A stretch of DNA of 64,000 nucleotides, taken from positions 59,829 to 123,828 of the forward strand of contig JBCCTQ010000005.1 in the NCBI GenBank assembly GCA_039198225.1, in the 5' to 3' direction. Made by a program: the position numbers and the translations under genes. Origin of the DNA: Pseudomonadota bacterium. GTDB taxonomy: Bacteria > Pseudomonadota > Alphaproteobacteria > Rhodobacterales > Rhodobacteraceae. The first letter of the stretch is position 1, and each line of letters opens with the position of its first letter. Below are positions 16,085 through 25,189 of the stretch, in pieces. The notes under the pieces are model-generated. The model ran no database searches. It had not been told where the DNA came from and saw only the letters and a list, made by a program, of their open reading frames with translations.

Positions 16085-17173
16085 TCAAAGCGCATGTTCC
16101 GTTTTGGGATCGAAAAGATGGAGACCCTCGGCCCGCGCTTGAAAGCGCAAGGTCTCTCCGAGGGCGATTGGGGTTTCTGATTTGATTTCCACTGTGACGC
16201 GGGCCGAGCCGCAATCGCAAATAAGAACCGATTGTGCGCCGATATATTCAGACACCACCACTTTTAGGTCGAACGCTGTTTCTGGAGGCGCGTCCGCAGC
16301 GTATTCAAGGTCGGATGGGCGAATACCAAGAATTACGCTCCGCGTCTCGCCGGCCTTGGCTCGGGCAGCAAGAGCGTCGGGCAAGCGAAGACGGAACCCT
16401 TCTCCCTCGGCATAAAGAACATTACCGCCTTCGGTAAGTTCGGCCTCGAGAAAATTCATCGGCGGGGAGCCAAGAAAGCCGGCAACGAATTTGTTGACCG
16501 GGTTTTTGAAGAGCTCGGCTGGTGTGCCCTGCTGCTGAATATGGCCACCATGCATCACCACGATCCGATCGGCCAGGGTCATGGCCTCGATCTGGTCGTG
16601 GGTCACATAAATCATATTTTTCTCGACGCTCTGACGCATCAACGCCAACTCGGCGCGCATTTGGCCGCGGAGTTTGGCATCAAGATTAGAAAGCGGCTCA
16701 TCAAAAAGAAATGTACCGGCGTCGCGGCAAAGTGCCCGGCCCATGGCAACCCGCTGACGTTGCCCGCCGGATAATTCACCGGGTTTGCGTGCCAGAAAAT
16801 CGGACAGGCCGAGCATTGCGGCCACGTCGCGGACTTTCTTGTCGATCTCGGCTTGGGGCCGCTTCTGCAGGCGAAGCGAAAACGACATGTTTCTGGCCAC
16901 GTTCATATGCGGGTAAAGTGCGTAATCCTGAAACACCATCGCGATGTCGCGGTCCTTTGGATCGAGATCCTTCACCGACTTTCCGTCCATCGTAATGTCG
17001 CCGTCGGATACGGATTCGAGGCCCGCGAGCATTCGCAGTGTCGTGGATTTTCCACAGCCTGACGGGCCGACGAGGACGGTGAATTCATTCTCCCCCATCT
17101 CAAGGTCGATCCCGTGGAGCACTTCCACCGCGCCGTAACGTTTTACGAGCTGTTCAAGCCGAATTTCCGGCAT
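16085..17173 (-). CDS. ABC transporter ATP-binding protein (MalK/UgpC-like)
   Basis: 362 aa with Walker A GPSGCGKST, signature LSGGQRQR and Walker B FLFDEPLS, plus a C-terminal MalK-type regulatory domain. Confidence 0.95.
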   Translation of the reverse strand: MPEIRLEQLVKRYGAVEVLHGIDLEMGENEFTVLVGPSGCGKSTTLRMLAGLESVSDGDITMDGKSVKDLDPKDRDIAMVFQDYALYPHMNVARNMSFSLRLQKRPQAEIDKKVRDVAAMLGLSDFLARKPGELSGGQRQRVAMGRALCRDAGTFLFDEPLSNLDAKLRGQMRAELALMRQSVEKNMIYVTHDQIEAMTLADRIVVMHGGHIQQQGTPAELFKNPVNKFVAGFLGSPPMNFLEAELTEGGNVLYAEGEGFRLRLPDALAARAKAGETRSVILGIRPSDLEYAADAPPETAFDLKVVVSEYIGAQSVLICDCGSARVTVEIKSETPIALGETLRFQARAEGLHLFDPKTEHAL

Positions 17174-17216
17174 CGAATCCCTCTCTCCCTGTCGCTAGAG
17201 CATTCTGTATCCAAAA

Positions 17217-17248
17217 TTGTTTGTAAATATCCAAATTTGCTAAATCCT
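17217..17248. promoter_or_regulatory. Direct repeat TATCCAAAATT / TATCCAAATTT, 20 bp apart, in the divergent ABC/GntR intergenic region
   Basis: Read directly: 17217-17228 and 17237-17248. Candidate GntR operator or promoter element. Confidence 0.2.
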
Positions 17249-17291
17249 GTTTCTCGGGGTATGGTTTCATCACCCAAAGGACCGCTTCGCC

Positions 17292-17948
17292 ATGAACGAC
17301 CAAAGTTCGAAAGCCAGCCGCAGCACGGCGGTGCAACGTATCGAAGCGGCTTTGATGGAGGACATTGCAAGCGGTGTGTTGCGCCCTGGCGAACGGCTGG
17401 ATGAAGTGTCGCTCACGGAAAGGTTTGGCGTCTCTCGCACGCCGGTACGCGAAGCGCTAACGCGTTTGGCCGCACAAGACATTCTTGTGCCGGGCGAAAA
17501 GCGGGGGGTCCGCGTCGCGGAGTATTCACGCGAGGAATTAGCGCAAATATTTGAAGCTATGCATGAAATTGAAGCCACATGCGCGAGGATCGCCTCCCAA
17601 AGACTATCGCTTCTGAGCCGCGCAGAGATCGAAAGGGCGCAAGCGGGATGCGTGGCCGCAGCCGAGAGTGGCGACTTTCACCGCTATATGCGCGCCAATG
17701 AACGGTTCCACCAGGCGATCTATCGTGCGACCGGCAACCCATATATCGCTGAGATCGCCTCGGATTTCCGCCGCAAGACCGGCCCCTTTCGCGCGAAAAA
17801 GTTCGCGTCCAAGTCAGACTTGATCGCCTCTGCTGAGAGCCATGGGGAACTCATTGCCGGGATCTTCTCTGAGGATTCCAAGGCGGCTTCAGACGGCATG
17901 CGCGCCCATATGACCGAGAGCTTTCTTCGAACGCTTGAGGCAAACTGA
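17292..17948 (+). CDS. GntR-family transcriptional regulator (FadR/FCD subfamily)
   Basis: 218 aa with an N-terminal winged helix-turn-helix (LRPGERLDEVSLTERFGVSRTPVREAL) and a helical C-terminal FCD-like domain. Confidence 0.9.
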   Translation: MNDQSSKASRSTAVQRIEAALMEDIASGVLRPGERLDEVSLTERFGVSRTPVREALTRLAAQDILVPGEKRGVRVAEYSREELAQIFEAMHEIEATCARIASQRLSLLSRAEIERAQAGCVAAAESGDFHRYMRANERFHQAIYRATGNPYIAEIASDFRRKTGPFRAKKFASKSDLIASAESHGELIAGIFSEDSKAASDGMRAHMTESFLRTLEAN

Positions 17949-18033
17949 GCCTCTCAGTGGCTTTTGCCTTGCATCTGCATTTTAAGCAGTGCTTTTGTAT
18001 GCAGTAAGCGAGTCACCACCTGGGGAGGGCCCG

Positions 18034-18969
18034 ATGGGCGTGGAAGTAACTAAGATATACCCGATCAATACGGGCTGGCTCGAAGCCGACCTGGGCACCT
18101 ACATTTTTTGGAAGGGACCGGCCGGAAAGAAATACTGGAACCCTGTCTATTGCCACTATGTCGATACCGGCGAGCATAAGATCCTGATCGATACAGGTCT
18201 CTGCGACGAAGAGCGCGCGACGAAATACCACCATAAATGCGACAAACGTGGGTGTTTGCAGGTTCACGAGCATCTCCAACAAAAGCTCGGCGTCCATCCA
18301 GATGAGATTGATGCGATTGTTTTCACGCATCTCCATTGGGATCACGTTCAGAATATGAAGGAATTCAAGAACGCCCGCTACATTGCACCGAAGGCCGAAA
18401 TTGAAATGGCGTTCAACCCATTGCCTCTCTACTACCGGACGTATGAATCCGGCTACCTCGGTATCGAACCGGCCTATACTGGCTGCGTTTTCGAGGCGGT
18501 AGAGGACGAATGCGAAGTGCTCCCCGGGATTACGATGTTCCATACGCCAGGCCATTCGGTTGGCCATATGGGTGTTACGGTGGCCACAGCCATGGGTGAT
18601 ATTGTGGTCGCCGGTGACGCGATATTCGTCGAACGGAATCTGGAACCAAACCCGGATGAGGGCTGGCGCTATTGGGTGCCGGCCCGTTTCGTGAATTCTT
18701 ACGAAGGTTGGAAGTCTGTCGAAGAGATCGACAAGCGCGCCGATTATGTTTTGCCCTGCCACGACGAAGAGGCGAATGCGCGCTCAGATGTGTATCCTTA
18801 CGAAGGGATGCCACTGCGGCGGCGGCGTCAGCATATTCCAGGATTCAAATTCTACTTTGGTGATATGCCGCCGGGTACGGTTTCAAAGGCCGCTCCAGCC
18901 ATGTCCGAGGCGGAGGCGAAGGCTCATTTGGCCAGCCTCATCCATCCAAAGGACATGGCTGAAAGCTGA
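18034..18969 (+). CDS. MBL-fold metallo-hydrolase (lactonase-like)
   Basis: Start ATG 18034 follows GGGGAGGG. It carries the HLHWDH metal motif plus downstream HTPGHS and D..H residues. Confidence 0.85.
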   Translation: MGVEVTKIYPINTGWLEADLGTYIFWKGPAGKKYWNPVYCHYVDTGEHKILIDTGLCDEERATKYHHKCDKRGCLQVHEHLQQKLGVHPDEIDAIVFTHLHWDHVQNMKEFKNARYIAPKAEIEMAFNPLPLYYRTYESGYLGIEPAYTGCVFEAVEDECEVLPGITMFHTPGHSVGHMGVTVATAMGDIVVAGDAIFVERNLEPNPDEGWRYWVPARFVNSYEGWKSVEEIDKRADYVLPCHDEEANARSDVYPYEGMPLRRRRQHIPGFKFYFGDMPPGTVSKAAPAMSEAEAKAHLASLIHPKDMAES

Positions 18970-18973
18970 GCCA

Positions 18974-19819
18974 ATGACGCAGCGGCTCACATCGCTCTTT
19001 GAGGTCGCAGACCGATTTGAAGTGATCGTCCTTGATCAATGGGGCGTGTTGCATAACGGGTCTTCTCCCTATCCCGGAGCGGTTGGGTGCCTGAAAAAGC
19101 TAAGTTCAGCGGGCATCAGGCTTGCCGTTTTATCCAATTCCGGAAAGCGCGCCCGACCCAATGCGGAGCGGATCCATGCGATGGGTTTCGACCGCGGCGT
19201 TTTCGAGCATGTAATGACGTCGGGCGAAGCGCTTTGGCAAGATATCGCAGAGGGACGGGTGAAAGAGTGCCGTTTCGCCCCAATCGAACGCGCCCCAAAC
19301 GATGCCGCTCAGTGGGCTGAGGGTCTTGATGTGACCGTCGCCGCTTCCGTTGAGACCGCGGAAGCGGTGCTTCTGATGGGGCTTCCGGATGAGGCTGCGC
19401 CATCCGATTTTGAGCGAGTCCTTGAAGTCGCCCGGACCCGGAACCTGCCGGTCTTTTGCACCAATCCAGATCGCGCGGCACCGCGCGCGGACGGTCAGGT
19501 CGTACTGTCGCCCGGGGCGTTGGCCCATGCCTATGCCGATACCGGCGGCCAGGTTCGGTTTTACGGAAAGCCCCATCGACCGGTATACGACGCGCTCGAA
19601 ATAGCCCTTGGCACGACGTCGAAACGGATGGCTATGGTGGGCGACAGCCTCGAGCATGACGTCGCCGGCGGCCGTGGGGCAGGGTGGTCGACAATCTTCG
19701 TCGAGGGCGGGCTCCATGCGGCAGCGTTCGTTGAGGCCGACCCCCTTTCGGCCCTTTCTGCCCTTGCAGCGCAACATGACGCGCCGCTGCCAGATTACAC
19801 GATTTCGAGGCTTCAATGA
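18974..19819 (+). CDS. HAD-superfamily hydrolase, subfamily IIA-like
   Basis: True start is ATG 18974 (MTQRLTSLFEV...). It has the VLDQWGVLHNG nucleophile motif region and MVGDSLEHD motif IV. The 76-codon extension in the track is rejected. Confidence 0.85.
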   Translation: MTQRLTSLFEVADRFEVIVLDQWGVLHNGSSPYPGAVGCLKKLSSAGIRLAVLSNSGKRARPNAERIHAMGFDRGVFEHVMTSGEALWQDIAEGRVKECRFAPIERAPNDAAQWAEGLDVTVAASVETAEAVLLMGLPDEAAPSDFERVLEVARTRNLPVFCTNPDRAAPRADGQVVLSPGALAHAYADTGGQVRFYGKPHRPVYDALEIALGTTSKRMAMVGDSLEHDVAGGRGAGWSTIFVEGGLHAAAFVEADPLSALSALAAQHDAPLPDYTISRLQ

Positions 19820-20790
19820 CTCTCTCCGTCCCATCCGAATTCGAGGACTTTCGAGCGCTCTCGGCGGCGCTGGGGCAGGACCCGCTCCGGGTTCAAGGTC
19901 CAGGCGGAAACACGTCGATCAAGGACGGATCGGTGATGTGGATCAAAGCTTCCGGAACCGAGCTTGCCGAGGCAGAGTCAAAGGACATCTTCGTGGCTGT
20001 CGACCGAAGCGCGGCCCAGGCCGAGGCACGGGGTGAAGCAGGAGACGGAAGCTGCAAGGCGACGGTTCTCGATCCTCAAAACACCCTTCGCCCATCGATT
20101 GAGACAACGTTTCACGCAGCGCTCAACTGGCCGGTCGTGGCCCATACCCACTCGGTTGGAACGCTCGTCCATGCCGTAGCTCAGGAGGGTCGCGCGGCGG
20201 CACGAGAAAAGCTCAACGGCCTCCCGGCCGTCCTCGTCCCCTATGCCAAACCGGGATTGCCTCTGACCGGTGAAATTCTCTCCCAGGCGCAACCGTCGAC
20301 GCAGGTTTTCGTTTTGGAAAACCACGGGCTGATAGTCTGCGGCGGGACTGTGGGTGAAACCGCCCGATTGACCGAGGACGTGGAGGCCCGGTTGGCCATG
20401 CCAGCGCGCCCCGTGAGCGATGATCTCCCCGATATTCCCGCACCCGACGGGTTCGATTGGGCCGAGGAGAGCTGGGTTGCGCGGGATTCCAGGGCATCAA
20501 CACTGGCTTCGAACGGGTCCTACTACCCTGACCACGTGGTGTTTTTGGGCCCCGCACTCCCCAGGTCCGACCATGACGGACGTCCACCGGCCATCCTGAT
20601 CGACGGGATGGGCATTGCTCTCCGCCGCGGGGCGACCTCCTCGCAGCAGGCCATGCTGCGTTGCCTTTCGGATCTTTTGGCTCGGCTCCCGGAAGGTTGG
20701 ACGCCGCTGCCGATTGGTGCGGAGGCGGAGGCGGAGCTTCTGGATTGGGACGCAGAGAAATATCGCCAGGCCCTGGCGGCCCGTTCGTGA
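19816..20790 (+). CDS. Class II aldolase domain protein with a C-terminal extension (resembles the aldolase half of bifunctional rhamnulose-1-phosphate aldolase/dehydrogenases)
   Basis: 324 aa with GPGGNTS, IKASG and HTHS motifs. It has an ATGA overlap with the HAD gene. Confidence 0.8.
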   Translation: MTLSVPSEFEDFRALSAALGQDPLRVQGPGGNTSIKDGSVMWIKASGTELAEAESKDIFVAVDRSAAQAEARGEAGDGSCKATVLDPQNTLRPSIETTFHAALNWPVVAHTHSVGTLVHAVAQEGRAAAREKLNGLPAVLVPYAKPGLPLTGEILSQAQPSTQVFVLENHGLIVCGGTVGETARLTEDVEARLAMPARPVSDDLPDIPAPDGFDWAEESWVARDSRASTLASNGSYYPDHVVFLGPALPRSDHDGRPPAILIDGMGIALRRGATSSQQAMLRCLSDLLARLPEGWTPLPIGAEAEAELLDWDAEKYRQALAARS

Positions 20791-22061
20791 CCGATCTCGC
20801 CCTCGGCCTTGATCTCGGGACATCCGGGGTCCGGTCCGCAGTGGTCAGCGGGGCGGGGGAGGTCGTTGCCACCGCGCGGGCCAGCTACGGGCCAGGCGGT
20901 GATGACGGTGGAGATCCCACGCGCTGGTGGGCGGCTGTCGCGGAGTGCCTTAGCGCGCAAGCTGACGCTCTCGCGGGGGCGGGCCATTCCATGGGCGAGG
21001 TCGCGCGCCTCGGCGTCGATGGAACTTCGGGAACCGTTGTTTTGGCTGACAGCGAGATCGAGCCGGTCACCCGTGCGCTCATGTATAATGACGGCGGATT
21101 TGACGAAGAGGCCGAGCGGATCGCACGATTTGCGCCGGACCCCCATGTCGCGCGCGGTTCTGGCTCGGCCCTGGCCCGCGCATTACGGCTACAGGCCGAG
21201 GACCGCGAAGGCCGGGCGCGGCACCTTCTCCATCAAGCGGATTTTGTTGCAGCGCGTCTTGCGGGGCGCGGTGGATTTTCGGACTTCAACAACGCGTTGA
21301 AGACTGGCGCGGATCCCGCGACAGGTAGCTGGCCGGACTGGCTGGGGGAGCTTTTGTCCCCGAGCCTCCTCCCAGAGCTTTTCCCGCCCGGTGCCCCCGT
21401 GGCCCATGTCGCGAGTGAAATGGCCCGCAAGTTCGGCTTTGGCGACCATATGATGGTCCATACCGGTACAACCGACAGCATTGCTGCTTTCCTCGCCGCA
21501 GCCCGCCCCGAGCCCGGCGCCGCCGTCACTTCGCTCGGGACGACGTTGGCGATCAAGCTTTTCTCTAACAAACGCATCGATGCGCCGGAGCTTGGGCTTT
21601 ATGCACATCGGATTGGCGAAGGCTGGCTCGTCGGTGGGGCTTCGAATACCGGCGGCGGCGTTTTGCGGAGTTTTTTCAAAGACGAAGAGATCGAAGATCT
21701 GTCGCGCCAAATCGATCCCTCCGTTTCGTCGGGACTGGACTACTACCCTCTGCCGAAACCCGGGGAGCGATTTCCAATCAACGATCCTACTCTTTCCCCG
21801 CGCCTCGCCCCGCGGCCCGAAAACGATGCATTGTTTCTGCACGGGATCCTCGAAGGCATCGCCCGCATTGAGCGGCTCGCTTACGATGCCTTGGCCGAGA
21901 AGGGAGCGCCCTATCCCAAGGCAGTGATCACTGCCGGGGGAGGAGCGCAAAACGCGACTTGGCGAGATATGCGCCAGCGTATTCTTGGCGTGCCGGTGGT
22001 CGCGGTCTCAACGACAGAAGCCTCCGTTGGAACAGCTTTACTCGTGCAATCGTTCGCCTAG
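20787..22061 (+). CDS. FGGY-family carbohydrate kinase
   Basis: GTG 20787 overlaps the upstream TGA (GTGA). The N-terminus VTDLALGLDLGTSGVRSAVV matches the FGGY phosphate-1 motif, and a C-terminal ITAGGGAQN motif is present. Confidence 0.85.
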   Translation: MTDLALGLDLGTSGVRSAVVSGAGEVVATARASYGPGGDDGGDPTRWWAAVAECLSAQADALAGAGHSMGEVARLGVDGTSGTVVLADSEIEPVTRALMYNDGGFDEEAERIARFAPDPHVARGSGSALARALRLQAEDREGRARHLLHQADFVAARLAGRGGFSDFNNALKTGADPATGSWPDWLGELLSPSLLPELFPPGAPVAHVASEMARKFGFGDHMMVHTGTTDSIAAFLAAARPEPGAAVTSLGTTLAIKLFSNKRIDAPELGLYAHRIGEGWLVGGASNTGGGVLRSFFKDEEIEDLSRQIDPSVSSGLDYYPLPKPGERFPINDPTLSPRLAPRPENDALFLHGILEGIARIERLAYDALAEKGAPYPKAVITAGGGAQNATWRDMRQRILGVPVVAVSTTEASVGTALLVQSFA

Positions 22062-22098
22062 CAGGCATTGGCGATGCAGGTAGCCAATGACGCACGTC

Positions 22099-22530
22099 CT
22101 ATATTTGGCCAGCGAGGAGTGTGGTTGTTTGCCAATAGGAGCGATCAATATCGGCAAACATCCTGTCATGCCCGCTACGGGTGATCTCGTCGGCGGGTCT
22201 GACCTCGATATCTGTCACATGCCCATGGTCCGGAAACATGCCAGCCAGTTTCGTCAGCAGGGTCTCCTCTCGTTCTGACAAGAGTATGCTGTCTTCGGCG
22301 GCCTCCGCATCGGCGGTTTGGACCATGTCAAAGGCGGAAAATACTGAATTCAGAGCAGGATAGACCCTGTCTTCCAGGAGAAAGCGCGCCAGCGCGTGTT
22401 CTGCCACGGCGCGGGTGGGTCCCCGTCTTTGCCAGTCGCGGAAAAGGATAATGAAGAACTCTTCATCGGACGTTAGGTCAGAGAAGCCCAAAGGCTCGGA
22501 AAGCCTGTCAATCACGGTGCAACCTTCCAT
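22099..22530 (-). CDS. Hypothetical protein (143 aa)
   Basis: ORF with plausible composition, convergent with the kinase gene. It has no SD and no recognised family. Confidence 0.4.
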   Translation of the reverse strand: MEGCTVIDRLSEPLGFSDLTSDEEFFIILFRDWQRRGPTRAVAEHALARFLLEDRVYPALNSVFSAFDMVQTADAEAAEDSILLSEREETLLTKLAGMFPDHGHVTDIEVRPADEITRSGHDRMFADIDRSYWQTTTLLAGQI

Positions 22531-22617
22531 AAGAACTCATTCTGGGTGGCGGTTGCGACCTCTGTCCCAACCTTTTTCCAAGCGCTCCACCATTGCAAGT
22601 GGAAGCGTCGTCACCAT

Positions 22618-22639
22618 ATTGCATACCATAGTATACAAT
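22618..22639. promoter_or_regulatory. Imperfect 22-bp palindrome ATTGCATACCATAGTATACAAT followed by a TTGACG -35-like hexamer
   Basis: 18 of 22 positions are self-complementary. TTGACG sits at 22642-22647, about 150 nt upstream of the PrpD-family gene. Confidence 0.25.
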
Positions 22640-22793
22640 GCTTGACGGGGTTGGCGAAACCTGCGATGACCCTGCCATCGCAAGGCAAGCGCTTTAGGCG
22701 TTTCGACCACGCCGCGGCAGGTCCGACCAACCGCGAAGTCCAAATGTTTGAAAACTCAACACATGCACGCCCCGGGCGCGCAATGGAGGTGGT

Positions 22794-24188
22794 ATGACGC
22801 ATCACAGCACGGAGCTTTTGCCAGACACGATTGTCCGGCAACTCGGTCGGTTTGTCTCTGGAACAGACCACAAAACCATGAGCCACGAGGCCCGCGAAGA
22901 GCTCAAAAAACGTATTCTCGACACGATCGGCGTGGCCATTGGCGCCCTTGAGGGCGAGCCGATCAAAATGATCCGCGCGCATAATGAAGATTTTGGCGGG
23001 AAGGAGCTCTGCACTTTTATTGGTGGTGGAAAGGGCGCCCCGGATCGGGTGGCGTTCTACAACGGTGCGCTGAGCCGGTATCTCGACTTTATGGACAGCT
23101 ACCTTGCGAAGGGCGAGACCTGTCACCAATCGGATAATTTCGGTGCGGTCCTCGCGGCTGCAGAATACCGCGATGCGTCAGGTGACGAACTTCTGACGGC
23201 AATGGCGGCGTCCTATCAGGTCCAAGGGCGTCTCTGCGACGAAGCGCCGGTACGTCACAAGGGCTTCGACCATACCGTTCAGGGGGCCTACGCTTCGGCA
23301 GCCGGGGTGGCCCGCGCGCTTGGGCTCGATGCCGAGAAAACCGCCATGGCCGTGGCGATCTCGGGAACTTGCAACAACGCACTCCGTTGTACGCGGACCG
23401 GTAGCCTGAGCCATTGGAAGGGGCTCGCCTACCCCAATACCGGTTTCGTCGGCGCCCATGCGGCTTTCCTTGCCATGCGGGGCATCACCGGGCCGGAAGA
23501 GGTATTCGAAGGCAACAAGGGCTTCAAAGAGGCCATTGCCGGCGAGTTCACGATCGACTGGGCCACGGAAGACCTCGAGAACGTCAAGAAGTCGATCATC
23601 AAGAAATACAACGCCGAGATCCACAGCCAGTCCTCCATTGAGGGGGCGCTGGAACTCCAGGCCGAGCATGGCTTCACCTGGGATCAGATCGACCGCATCG
23701 GCATCGATATCTTCGATGTGGCCTTCCACATCATCGGCGGCGGCGAAGAGGGTGACAAAACCATCATCCGCACCAAGGAAGAGGCCGACCACAGCCTTCA
23801 ATACATGGTCGGCGTCGCGCTGATTGATGGCAACGTGCTCCCGGCGCAATATGAAGGTGACCGGGTCACCCGCGACGACATCCAATCGCTGCTGCAAAAG
23901 TTTACCGTTCGACCGAAGCGGGAATATACTGACCGTTTCCCAGCTGAAGTCTGCACGGATCTCGCGATCACCCTGAAGGACGGGACGGTCCACAAGATCA
24001 CCAAGACCGATTACGAGGGCTTCAATACGCGGCCGATGTCTTGGGAGACGGTGGAAGCGAAGTTCACCAATCTCGCAACACCGTTCACTTCCGAGCGCAC
24101 ACGGAAGGCCATCGTCGATGCGGTCAAGAACCTCGAAAAGGTGCCCGCCCGCGAATTGGCCGCGATCCTCGGCAGTCTCAACGCTTAA
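22794..24188 (+). CDS. MmgE/PrpD-family protein (2-methylcitrate dehydratase-like fold)
   Basis: 464 aa with a GGAGGTGG RBS and PrpD-family sequence throughout. Confidence 0.9.
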   Translation: MTHHSTELLPDTIVRQLGRFVSGTDHKTMSHEAREELKKRILDTIGVAIGALEGEPIKMIRAHNEDFGGKELCTFIGGGKGAPDRVAFYNGALSRYLDFMDSYLAKGETCHQSDNFGAVLAAAEYRDASGDELLTAMAASYQVQGRLCDEAPVRHKGFDHTVQGAYASAAGVARALGLDAEKTAMAVAISGTCNNALRCTRTGSLSHWKGLAYPNTGFVGAHAAFLAMRGITGPEEVFEGNKGFKEAIAGEFTIDWATEDLENVKKSIIKKYNAEIHSQSSIEGALELQAEHGFTWDQIDRIGIDIFDVAFHIIGGGEEGDKTIIRTKEEADHSLQYMVGVALIDGNVLPAQYEGDRVTRDDIQSLLQKFTVRPKREYTDRFPAEVCTDLAITLKDGTVHKITKTDYEGFNTRPMSWETVEAKFTNLATPFTSERTRKAIVDAVKNLEKVPARELAAILGSLNA

Positions 24189-24250
24189 CCCATCCCATCC
24201 CACGCGCGGCAAAGGTGCCGCGCGTCCCACTCAAACGGAAAGGAAATCCT

Positions 24251-25114
24251 ATGCTAGATATGGATGCCAACAAGGATCGAGCCCAATCGGAGGTCTGGAA
24301 GAACCGCTCCTTCCCCTACGTTCCGATGAACGAACGCGACCCCAAGCCGCGGACGAAGTCGATCACCGAAATCCGCGGGCCCTATTACGCGCCGACGCCC
24401 CACACCTACACCAATGAGCTGCTGAACCTGATGGGCGAGCATGTGGATGGCTATAAGTACGCTGGTGGATCCTTCTCGTTTATGCCCGCCGAAGAGATCA
24501 TCAAGCTCAACCGGATCTGCCACGACCACGGTGTGTATGTTTCAACCGGAGGCTGGATTGAAAACGTCCTGGCCCGGGCGCCCAACCATATCGACGAATA
24601 TATCCAAGAGTGTAAAAAGCTCGAATTCGACATGATCGAATTGTCGACGGGGTTCATTCAGTTGCCAGTGCCGGACCTTATTCGCTTGATTGAGAAAGTG
24701 AATAAGGCGGGCCTGAAGCCGAAGCCCGAGATCGGTATACAATTCGGCGCGGGCGGCGATACGAGCCAAGCCGAACTTGAAGCCGAAGGCACCCGTGACC
24801 CTCAGATCCTGATCGATACCGCGAATGAGTGCCTGAATGCGGGTGCTTCGATCATCATGATCGAAAGCGAAGGCATCACAGAAAACGCCGATCCCTGGCG
24901 GACGGATGTGGCCGCGAAAATCATGAAGGAAGTCGGCATGGACAACGTCATGTTCGAGGCTGCCGATCCGGAAGTCTTCTCGTGGTACATCAAGAACTAT
25001 GGCATCGATGTGAATATGTTCATCGACCATAGCCAGATCGTGCAGCTCGAATGCTTGCGTCGCGGTATCTGGGGTACGAAGTCTACTTTTGGGCGGATCA
25101 CTACACACCGCTAG
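24251..25114 (+). CDS. Phosphosulfolactate synthase (ComA) family protein
   Basis: True start is ATG 24251 (MLDMDANKD...), giving 287 aa. It has a ComA-like TIM-barrel pattern (YKYAGGSF, IELSTG, IMIESEG, ECLRRGIWG). Confidence 0.8.
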   Translation: MLDMDANKDRAQSEVWKNRSFPYVPMNERDPKPRTKSITEIRGPYYAPTPHTYTNELLNLMGEHVDGYKYAGGSFSFMPAEEIIKLNRICHDHGVYVSTGGWIENVLARAPNHIDEYIQECKKLEFDMIELSTGFIQLPVPDLIRLIEKVNKAGLKPKPEIGIQFGAGGDTSQAELEAEGTRDPQILIDTANECLNAGASIIMIESEGITENADPWRTDVAAKIMKEVGMDNVMFEAADPEVFSWYIKNYGIDVNMFIDHSQIVQLECLRRGIWGTKSTFGRITTHR

Positions 25115-25130
25115 GTCGCGCACCTATATG

Positions 25131-25158
25131 ATCCGGAGTGCAAATGAGCGCTCCGGAT
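25131..25158 (+). terminator. Hairpin ATCCGGAG-N12-CTCCGGAT downstream of the ComA-family gene
   Basis: Perfect 8-bp arms (25131-25138 and 25151-25158) with no U-tract. Possible weak terminator or regulator site. Confidence 0.3.
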
Positions 25159-25189
25159 CGCCGTCCGAGCGCAGTTTTCAGGGGTCGAT

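Noticed and set aside
14718-16220. N-terminal extensions in the ORF track. Examples: this SBP from 16220, the HAD gene from 18746, the kinase from 20661, the ComA-like gene from 24041, the PrpF-like gene from 35086, TctC from 38268, HpsN from 57714 and LacI from 61111.
   Set aside because: The track reports the longest ATG/GTG/TTG ORF. In each case an internal start with an RBS and/or signal peptide, or a 4-nt overlap with the upstream stop, gives a family-typical N-terminus. The extension would overlap the neighbouring gene.
20213-21950. Several 200-250-aa minus-strand ORFs (20213-20872, 20523-21146, 21189-21950).
   Set aside because: They are antisense to the aldolase-domain and FGGY kinase genes. 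They show shadow-frame composition (R/P/G-rich) and have no start-site support.
22066-22089. Inverted repeat CATTGGC-N10-GCCAATG between the convergent kinase and hypothetical genes, considered as a bidirectional terminator.
   Set aside because: It has only a 7-bp stem with a 10-nt loop and no flanking T/A tracts, which is too weak to annotate.
22611-24230. 172-aa and 350-aa minus-strand ORFs.
   Set aside because: They are antisense to the MmgE/PrpD-family gene and its promoter region, and show no family features.
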